This document shows, piece after piece, positions 1 to 8,091 of a stretch of 22,435 nucleotides of DNA (its first letter is position 1; the number at the start of each line of letters is the position of its first letter). The stretch is from contig CAJINV010000025.1 of the NCBI GenBank assembly GCA_905178155.1, positions 380,475 through 402,909 on the forward strand. Direction: 5' to 3'. A program made the translations under genes and the position numbers. The DNA is from Amoebophrya sp. A120. Its lineage: Eukaryota; Protista; Dinoflagellata. Under the pieces are notes generated by a model that saw only the letters and a list, made by a program, of their open reading frames with translations, did no database searches and was not told where the DNA came from.

Positions 1-1110
1 GGCGAAAGCCCTAGGCCAGCGCGGGGACTCGGTCCCCGCGTCATGGCCTAGGGGCCAGCTGTAAGCGCTTCCCGGACACCGTGCAGCCAAGGGGCGAAAG
101 CCCTAGGCCAGCGCGGGGACTCGGTCCCCGCGTCATGGCCTAAACCCGCTGTACGCGCTTCCCGGACACCGTGCGGGCAAGGGGCGAAAGCCATAGGCCA
201 GCGCGGGGACCCGGTCCCCGCGTCGTGGCCTAGGGGCCAGCTGTAGGCGCTTCCCGGACACCGTGCGGCCAAGAGGCGAAAGCCCTAGGCCAGCGCGGGG
301 ACTCGGTCCCCGCGTCATGGCCTAGGGGCCAGCTGTAAGCGCTTCCCGGACACCGTGCGGCCAAGGGGCGAAAGCCCTAGGCCAGCGCGGGGACTCGGTC
401 CCCGCGTCATGGCCTAGGGGCCAGCTGTGAGTGAGCGCTTCCCGGGCACCGTGCGGCCAAGGGGCGAAAGCCCTAGGCCAGCGCGGGGGCTCGGTCCCCG
501 CGTCATGGCCTAGGGGCCAGCTGTGAGTGGGCGCTTCCCGGATACCGTGCGGCCAAGGGGCGAAAGCCCTAGGCCGAGTCCCCGCGTCATGGCCTCGGGG
601 CCAGCGGTATGCGGTAAGCGCTTCGCTCCCGGACACCGAGCGGCCAAGGGGCGAAAGCCCTAGGCCAGCGCGGGGACTCGGACGGCCCCCGCATCATGGC
701 CTAGGGGCCAGCTGTAAGCCCAGCGCTTCCCGGACACCGTGCGGCCAAGGGGCGAAAGCCCTAGGCCAGCGCGGGGACTCGGTCCCCGCGTCATGGCCTA
801 GGGGCCAGCTGTAAGCGCTTCCCGGACACCGTTCGGCCAAGGGGCGAAAGCCCTAGGCCAGCGCGGGGACTCGGCCCCCGCGTTATGGCCTAGGGGCCAG
901 CAGTGTGCGCCCCCCGGACACCGCTCTGCCAAGGGGCGAAAGCCCTAGGCCAGCGCGGGGACTTGGTCCCCGCGTCATGGCCTAGGGGCCAGCTTGGCGC
1001 GCTCCCCGGGAACGACACCGCGCGGCCAGGGAGGGGGCATGCAAAGAGACAGAAGCCCTAGGGCAATGCGGGGACTCTGTCGCCGCGCCATGACGTCGGG
1101 GCCGGCTGCA
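1..1110. repeat. GC-rich tandem satellite, ~92-bp unit, ~11 copies, decaying rightwards (remnants to ~1325); left end outside the window
   Basis: The anchor ggcgaaagcc recurs at 1, 93, 183, 275, 367, 463, 559, 650, 751, 843 and 935. Each unit holds nested inverted repeats: ccctaggcca/tggcctaggg and cgcggggac/gtccccgcg. Confidence 0.97.
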
Positions 1111-1328
1111 GACCCGGCGCCAGTTTCTTCTTTTCTTTTTATCTTTGCGCGCGGCAGGCTGATGAATCCAGTGCGCGCAAGCAAGGGTGCCGCGTCCGCA
1201 GGCCCGTCGCGGGTCATTGAATGCAAGGCGCACCGAGATACCTAGCTGCGAGCGACCTGCCTGCCCAGTGCCACCGCGCAGACAAATGCCGGAAGGTCGC
1301 CGCACGGGGACTCTGTCCCCGTGCTCGG

Positions 1329-1560
1329 ACCTTGTTTGTAATGCGAAGTCTACATCATGATAAAATCTGTCATGCATGGCTAGCGAAATAAAGCCCCATT
1401 TCTTGTTTCCGAGAGAGAGGATTTGTCATGCGGATTAAGCATTGGAATAAGTGCTTGAAATCTGTGACGCTAGAGCTTGCATGCCAGACGATCTGGGTCA
1501 GGCAAAACCTGCATGACAGATCTCGCATTCTTCCAGACCCAGACATTTTTGCAATCCATA
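1329..1560. mobile_element. Introner, family 1 (gtctgggtctggaag TIR), left end lost at the satellite junction
   Basis: Right TIR cttccagacccagacatttttgcaatccata ends at 1560 and internal ttgtcatgc/gcatgaca motifs are present, but there is no left TIR. Left coordinate is approximate. Confidence 0.8.
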
Positions 1561-1561
1561 T

Positions 1562-4500
1562 GTGCAGGAGCATTACAAAAAGGAGATGCTTTGGGTTTTC
1601 GACGCGTTCGATATCTACACCATGAAATCTATGGAAGCGTCAGGTTTGAAATCGACAAAGTTGAAATGATTTGTCTTGCATAAAGTCTATACCAGTTGGA
1701 TGCCCAATTTCCAAGCGGTGCATGACAAATATCGGCACCGTCTGAATCCAGTTTGTCATGCTGTTTAGGGACAGAAGGCGTCTCTTGTCATGCTACTTTA
1801 GCAGCTGTATCGCAGACACTAGACAGGCTGAGCGTCGGCCTCACTTGCCATTCCTGCAAGAGAGGCACTTCATGCCTTGCAATTTATGCATGAGAAATTA
1901 TTTCAACCCTGTCGATTTCAATCCTGACGCTTCCATGAAATCCGACTTGTTCCGCTTGCTAGTCTATGAACTGCAAAAGTCTCGTACTCGTATAAATTTA
2001 AATGCATCACAAATTTCCCCAGCATGAAATTTGTCATGCGGATTTACCTTAAGAAAAAAATTTGTAATGCATGGCTGCAATTAGAATTACTACGAGTGCG
2101 ATACTTTTGCACAGGATATAGTCCTGTACCGGGAGGGCGGCGTGTACATAGACTGGAAGCTCATATCAACTGCAAATAAAATGTCTGGGTCTGGAAATTT
2201 GTAATGTTGCGTTGGGAATAGTGAATGCTCTGTAATGCACAGGCAAGCATGCGAAATATGAATATCTACGCTTTATTTTTGTGTTGCGTTTTTCGCATGA
2301 CAAGCTGCGTTTTTGCATGACAGGCAAAAGGGTCTCTTTTTGGACACGCATCACAAACTTTTTGGTCATGCCAGACAAGCATGACAAATCTCGCAATCTT
2401 CCAGACCCAGACATATTGGCATTTGATAGCTCACCCCCATCGTCGACTGGGACCAGCTGTTATCTTGTGCAAAAGTATTGTATCGTACTAGAATAAATTG
2501 CATTACAAATTGACTCAGCATTACAAATTTAAAAATTTGTAATGCTGATCGACATGGAGAAGAAGATGCATAAATGCAATTACTACGAGTATCGGATACT
2601 TTTGCACAGGATGGATGTTGGAGAAGGCGTTTTCCGGGACGGAAAAGTTCCGGTCCCCATATCAAGTGCAAATATGTCCTCTGGGTCTGGACGAATGCGA
2701 GGACTTGTGATGCTGCATTTGGATTCCAAAAAAAATCTGTATTGCGTGATGAGGAGCGACGGGAACAATGTGATTTTTCCTACGCGAAGAGGGCACTCGT
2801 CGTGCGGAAGTAGAGGCATCTTCAAGATGCATGCCCTCACAAAGTCTGTGAGGCTAGGGCATGCATCACAGATCGATCATGGCTCACGCGATGAAACGCG
2901 CATCACAAGTATCAGAATCTTCTTTCAGACCCAGATATTATATTTGCGATGCATACCCCAAGAAAAGTGACGAGAGACCCCGTCACGGGCAACATCGTTG
3001 CGGAGGAAAAAATGCAAAACAAGGACGACATTGGGCTCCTCGCCTCCTGCCAAGATTTCACGTTTGGGTTTGGGGTCCCTTACTTTTTCGAATCGTTTCC
3101 GGCTATCAAGCAGTTGCCCAGTTGGCCGAATCAAGACTCATCATTACAAGGCTTGACAAATGGCTTCCTCGCGGCGAAACCTCTAAACTTACTCCTCGGG
3201 GACATGCTCTACCATTTATTCCGCCGCGCGGAATTGCACAGCTACGGAAACACCGTTTGGGATACCACGGGGCCAGTAAGCCTCTACATGTCCTTATCAA
3301 ATGTAAAAATGTCTGGGTCTGGAAGAATGCATGTTTGTCATGCTTGTCTGGCATGACTATTAAATCTGTCATGCACGTTGCCCAAGAGCCGCGTTTTTCT
3401 GTCATGCGGAGACGCAATTTGTCATGCAGAATAGGCAACACCTACAAGCTCAGAAATTTGTCATGCTGAGCCAGCACTTGTGGGCTCCTCATGCTACGCC
3501 ACTCAGCATCACAAGTTTCCAGACCCAGACATTTTTACAGTTGATAGTCCTTACTCCGGGCAGACCCCACGAAGGTCCGAGAAATGCCACAGGTGATGTC
3601 GCAAAAGAACCCTGCGCAGACTCCTAGTGCGCCGTATCAAATGTAAAAATGTCTGGGTCTGGAAGGTTAGAACTTGTCATGCTAAATCTGAATGATGCAA
3701 AAATCTGTGTTGCGTGAGTACCAAAAGCTGTCCGCTTTTGACTAAATTGAGAGGGAGTTTTCTCATGCAGGAAAGGCATGATTGAGACCTCACAAAATCC
3801 GGCATGCTGGGTCTCACATTCCAGACCTCACGGGTCATGGAAAACCTGCATCACAAATCTTGCATTCTTCCAGACCCAGACACTTTTACATTTGATACGC
3901 CGAGCAGTTCGACATCTTCAAATCCCGCCGGCCTTCTCGACTCTGCGGGGTGGGCTATCCAACGCCAAGCGCGGCGGAAAAGCGGCGATGTCCTGGGAAA
4001 GTGGGAGTGTTTGCAGCTCCAGGGGGGGCCGGGCGATGCAGCCTTTCTTGCCTTCGACGGAAACGGAAATAAATGGTTTCCGAACCGCGAAGTCAGGTAT
4101 TCCCTTCCGTGGGATATGGCATTCTCAAAAAATGTTGCGATTCTCAATTGTTACATTTTTTTTCTTTTTATGCGGAATTGCAATCAGGATCCACACGATA
4201 AAGCTGCTTCGCATTACAAATTCTCGAAGAGCCCAACAATCTTCTGTGCGAAATCTGTCATGCAAGACGCGCAAGGTCCCCTCTTTCACTTCTGTTGCCG
4301 TTCTCGCATTACAACACTTGTCTTGAGAATGTAACGTTTGAGAACGCCATATGCGATGACCCAGGGCTCGAACAGCTCGCCTTGGTAAAAAAGGCGGGGT
4401 TCCACCACGCCGGCGCCGGGTGGAGTAACGACGACAGCTATGACAAGGAAAAATCCCCCTCCCCATATCAAAAGGAAGTTTCTGATGCTGGATTTGCGTA

Positions 4501-5817
4501 TACAAAAAATCAGGTATGTCTTGCAGTAGAGGGCTGCAGGCTCCTGCCAAGCCTGAGTACTTACTAGAGAGGTTTTGGCCTAGGCGCTTAGCATGAGAAA
4601 CGTCCATGCTGTAGGCCCAACAGCATAGCATCACAAACCGCCTGCATAATAAAGGCGGCAAAGCCTGTGGAGTTGTCTTCTTGCAAGACAGACGTGATTT
4701 GTAGTCTCAAATGAGCAAGACAAATTTGCGGAAACATACCTTTGCGATATGGGGAGGGGGGATTGTTCCTCTCAATAGCACCGCGCCGCTGCCGCCCGGA
4801 ATCCGCCGCCACCTCGTATCACATAAAAAAAGTGTTACAGTTACACACTTGTTGGAGTTTCTGCATCACAATCACAAAGTCGCGAGACTATAAGGGAAAA
4901 GAGGAAAACCTGCTGTGAAGATGCGCAGACTATAAGGGAAAACACGAATGATAATAAAATGAGGTTAGCAAGCATTTCCTGCATGACCACAGAGGTTGCG
5001 TTGTCTGTCTTGCTTGTCTCCCATCAGAGTGTGTAACTGTAACACTTTTTTCTTGCGATACCTCGGCGGGCAGAATTACATGGACGAATTATCCTGAGTA
5101 AAAACATCCGCCCCACACCAGAGTCAAGATGGGGATTTTGCAACACAAACCTAGAACTTTTGGGGGTCACGCATCACAAGTTGCAGTCCGTAGTGTAGTG
5201 CAGGTTCGCAAGGCCAGCTGCATCAGAAATCCATCTGCTCATCCTGTTTGCAGTATTACAAATTCCAAAACACGACTAACAATGCCTCTCCTGGCGATGC
5301 GCATTACAAATGTTCCCGTCATTGCAAATCTGCATGACAACTCTGGTGTGGGGACGTTTTTACTCAGGATATGAATGGAAGAAAAGGAAGTGGTTCAACG
5401 CCAACTGCTACCAGGAAGTTCCAGGGGTGCCTACCAATAGGAAAAATCCCCACTCAGTCCCCATACTGTTGAAAAGGTATATTTTTGGAAATTTGTGATG
5501 CTGATTTGTGATCACAAATCGTGTCTGTCTTGCGCGAAGGCATCTCCACAGACAACCGCCGCACTGCGCAGGCGGTTTGTCATGCTGCTGGGCCTACAGC
5601 GAGGACGTTTTTGTTTTTCAAATTATAAGCGCCTAGGCCAAAACCTCTCTACTCGCGCTTAGTATGGGCCTGCAGTGCTCTCCAGCAAGACAGCTCGGAT
5701 TTGTGTACACCAATCCAGCGTCGGAGATAGCCTTCGTTTTAATATGGGGAGGGGGGATTTTTCCTTTCGATAGTGCCATGGCCGGGCGTCGCGGATAAGG
5801 AGTACCAGTGTCGGTAA
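1562..5817 (+). CDS. 5'-partial glycosyltransferase family 32 gene (Gly_transf_sug / Och1-Sur1-like); 13 exons separated by 12 non-canonical introner introns
   Basis: Exons, keeping the left TSD copy: 1562-1611, 1922-1964, 2124-2163, 2434-2460, 2619-2659, 2961-3294, 3552-3634, 3903-4114, 4357-4438, 4783-4816, 5066-5089, 5377-5431, 5778-5817. Total 1065 nt = 354 aa + TAA, no internal stop. Protein: VQEHYKKEMLWVFDAFDPDASMKSDLFRLLVLYREGGVYIDWKLTPIVDWDQLLEKAFSGTEKFRSPRKVTRD...GLTNGFLAAKPLNLLLGDMLYHLF...VWDTTGPVSLYMSLLRADP...RHLGGQNYMDEWKKRKWFNANCYQEVPGVPWPGVADKEYQCR*. The motifs ksDlfR..vLy..GGvYiD, N.f.aa.P and tGP are GT32 hallmarks. Confidence 0.92.
1612..1916. mobile_element. Introner / non-canonical intron 1 of the GT32 gene (diverged)
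   Basis: tatctacaccatgaaat ... atttcaaccctgtcgat; TSD ttcga/ttcaa; removal joins DAF-(D/N)PDASMKSD in frame. Confidence 0.82.
1965..2118. mobile_element. Introner / intron 2, family 2 (tgcaaaagtatcg TIR)
   Basis: tatgaactgcaaaagtctcgtactcgta ... tacgagtgcgatacttttgcacaggata; perfect TSD tagtc; joins FRLLV-LYREGG. Confidence 0.93.
2164..2428. mobile_element. Introner / intron 3, family 1
   Basis: tatcaactgcaaataaaatgtctgggtctggaa ... ttccagacccagacatattggcatttgata; perfect TSD gctca. Confidence 0.93.
2461..2613. mobile_element. Introner / intron 4, family 2
   Basis: tatcttgtgcaaaagtat ... atacttttgcacaggatg; TSD gctgt/gatgt; frame preserved. Confidence 0.9.
2660..2955. mobile_element. Introner / intron 5, family 1 (diverged)
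   Basis: tatcaagtgcaaatatgtcctctgggtctgga ... tcagacccagatattatatttgcgatgcata; perfect TSD cccca. Confidence 0.9.
3295..3546. mobile_element. Introner / intron 6, family 1 (opposite orientation to 2164-2428)
   Basis: tatcaaatgtaaaaatgtctgggtctggaa ... ttccagacccagacatttttacagttgata; perfect TSD gtcct. Confidence 0.95.
3635..3897. mobile_element. Introner / intron 7, family 1
   Basis: Near-perfect ~31-bp TIR; perfect TSD cgccg; close relative of 13770-14031 and of 22186-22435 (inverted). Confidence 0.95.
4115..4351. mobile_element. Introner / intron 8
   Basis: tatggcattctcaaa ... tttgagaacgccata; TSD tggga/tgcga; frame preserved. Confidence 0.88.
4439..4777. mobile_element. Introner / intron 9, family 3 (aatccccctccccatat TIR)
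   Basis: tatgacaaggaaaaatccccctccccatatc ... gatatggggaggggggattgttcctctcaata; TSD acagc/gcacc (3 of 5 match); frame preserved. Confidence 0.85.
4817..5060. mobile_element. Introner / intron 10, family 4 (aaaagtgttacagttacac TIR)
   Basis: tatcacataaaaaaagtgttacagttacac ... gtgtaactgtaacacttttttcttgcgata; perfect TSD cctcg. Confidence 0.94.
5090..5371. mobile_element. Introner / intron 11
   Basis: tatcctgagtaaaaacatccgccccacaccagag ... ctctggtgtggggacgtttttactcaggata; TSD cgaat/tgaat. Confidence 0.93.
5432..5772. mobile_element. Introner / intron 12, family 3
   Basis: taccaataggaaaaatcccc ... ggggatttttcctttcgata; perfect TSD gtgcc. Confidence 0.92.
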
Positions 5818-5845
5818 AAAGAAGGGACGACGAGCAGTTGGCGAC

Positions 5846-6826
5846 CAATGAATGCAAAAGCAAAGAACATGGACGAAATTTGTCTTCCTCGTTGAGGAAA
5901 CGAAACCACGTGCCACCACGCAACAAAGGAGTAGAAACAGCACAAACAGGATAACACGATCAGGATGTCAGCTTGTTGTAGGCGGTTCTGGGTCGGAAAT
6001 TCCACGCTGGTCATAGTTTTTACTTCAACTTTCGCACAACGCAACAGCAGATCCGCTCGTGCAGAAGTTGTAGCTGTAGCACGACTACGCAATAAACACT
6101 TTTAATTTTACCCTCAGGAACAACACACTACTACAAAATATCACTCCAAGTACTAAAGCTGTAACTTTTTTTTCACGAACGACCAAAAAAGCACAGGACG
6201 AATATCGAGCACACCGGTGCAAGCTCGAAAACCCCGGTTAGAGTCAGGCATCTGGGTTTCGTAATCTCTCAGGCGTCGGCGCATTGTTTCTATTCAGATT
6301 AGCACCGCAGTACAAGGCTTAACCGCAAGAGGACCACACTCCCTACCAATTTTGAAAGGCGAAAACTTTTGAGCGAGGCACTGCCGCCGATGGTGGGCCA
6401 AGTTCTTTGACGTCTGCGAAACGCGATCGAGTTCTAAAAAATAAAAACATCTTACGCATGCGCCAATCAACTATCAAAAAAGTGTGAGCCTTGTGTAAAT
6501 TCATTTATTTTCCTAGTTTTTAGTCTCTTGGGTCGTCTTAGTCGGCCACACAAACGTGTGTGGCTGCGACGGCGGGAGTTGACTCTGCAGGGACCGCTTA
6601 CGGAGTTAGCCCTGGGTCCCCCAAGCTAGTACTGTAGGAAAGCAAATCGAAGTAGGAGCAATAAGAGTCGAACGCTTTACGTTGTACCTAAGTCCCGCGG
6701 CGCAGACGAAGAAATGTGAGAAATCAAGTCAGTCGGCTGAGCAAGAACTCAGAGCCATTATATATATTTATCATTATAGCGCAATGAATGCAAAAGCAAA
6801 CATGGACGAAATTTATCTTCCTCGTT
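5846..6826. repeat. 45-48-bp direct repeat pair (5846-5893, 6782-6826) bracketing ~0.89 kb of unique DNA
   Basis: caatgaatgcaaaagcaaa(gaa)catggacgaaattt(g/a)tcttcctcgtt occurs twice, 936 bp apart. Confidence 0.9.
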
Positions 6827-7230
6827 ATTTTGGCCCAAGCTACGCGGGGGGTGCGGGCAAGTACGTACTTATTCAAAAAGGCCGGCCCCCCTATGCGTGT
6901 AAGGCTTGGCTCGGGACACCTTGCGGCACGAAAGTCCTCCTAAAAAAAAAAAGGCGCCGCCGCCGTATTATCTGAAAGAAAACGAAAACATGAAAGGCCG
7001 GGGCGCTGCGGAGAAGCCGCCGCAGGCACGCCTCTCACCAAGTCGGACGAAGTTTATCTTTCTCTTTTTTTCGGCCCAAGCTACGGTGGGGGCGCGGGTA
7101 CATACCAAACAGAACCGGCCCCGCCCTTACGCGTGTAAGGCTTGGGCCGTGCCACTTTTGTGGCGCGAATTTTTTGGAGCCGCCACCGCTACCGCCCCGC
7201 CTCCAGCTAGTAGGCAAAGGCGAAGGCCCA
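6803..7230. repeat. Diverged tandem duplication, ~240-bp period
   Basis: ggacgaa.tttatctt...ggcccaagctacg...gcgtgtaaggcttgg at ~6803-6908 and ~7044-7145. Outer limits are approximate. Confidence 0.75.
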
Positions 7231-7498
7231 TTTTTGTCCTCGAAAGCAAACTGCTTTCTGTGCCCAGGGCCGCAAGCACATAAATACCTCCGTAGTACGT
7301 CAAAAGCCTTAATATAGTTTTAGTTCTATCTGCTTCATCAAGCAGACTGCTTGGCCCAACAATTCTTCACATCTGTGAGACAAATACTAACGATGTCTTT
7401 TTCAATCAGTATCAGATTTTTCAGCTCAATTTTTCAGTGGGACAGAAACTCCGAATTCTGTACACAACAGCAGGCATTAATTATGCGTGATGTAGTTG

Positions 7499-7707
7499 TA
7501 TCGCAAGAAAGAACTGTTTCACTGTAAACCTGTGATGCAGAGAACGAAACACCAAAGTGTTTGTCTTGCTACACCTGCAACGCAATGGCTTTTTAAGCGT
7601 GTTTTCCCTTGGGAAACGCGCATGGCAAATTATCTGTGTCATGTGTAAGAAACTTGTGATGCAGATCTTGCAAAACCATCACAGTGAAGCAGTTTTTTCG
7701 TGGGATA
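7499..7707. mobile_element. Introner-type element, family 5
   Basis: tatcgcaagaaagaactgtttcactgt ... acagtgaagcagttttttcgtgggata; TSD agttg/tgttg; reverse-complement homolog of 15996-16205. Confidence 0.92.
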
Positions 7708-7767
7708 TGTTGATATAATTCGTCGTCCGAGTGCCGTCGCGTGGAAGACAGCCCCGCGCACTTCCTC

Positions 7768-8091
7768 TATCAAGGTGAAAAAAGCCCCCACCCCATATCG
7801 GAAACGGAAGATTCGCGAATTTGTGATGCTGTATTTGAGTACACAAATCGACGTGTATTGCTAGAAGGCCAAGAGACGAAGCTGCGGCCTAAATTGCAGG
7901 TAATCTGTCATGCTGTTTCCCACTTCCAGTTGCCTCCTGTCATCCTGGCGCTGCAAGGCTTTCCCACGTTAGGCAGCACTACAGTCCGGCGCATCTTTTG
8001 CCTTCTAGCATCACAAAGCTGATTTGTGGCCACAAATCTGCATCACAGATTTCCGTTTTGATATGGGGAGGGGGCATTTTTAATTGTAATA
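7768..8091. mobile_element. Introner-type element, family 3
   Basis: tatcaaggtgaaaaaagcccccaccccatatc ... gatatggggagggggcatttttaattgtaata; perfect TSD tcctc. Confidence 0.92.

Noticed and set aside
1150-1200. Hammerhead ribozyme core (ctgatga at ~1159; GAAA in satellite units)
   Set aside because: No stem II followed by GAAA lies downstream of ctgatga, and the satellite units lack CUGANGA.
48-1377. ORFs of 60-131 aa in and beside the satellite
   Set aside because: They are repetitive translations of a GC-rich tandem repeat that has few stop codons.
1612-5772. Tc1/mariner-type TA target duplication or ciliate TA-bounded IES
   Set aside because: The TA belongs to the TIR (TAT...ATA). The frame is restored by removing a variable 5-nt repeat outside it, and empty sites at ~11806 and ~16540 show no TA.
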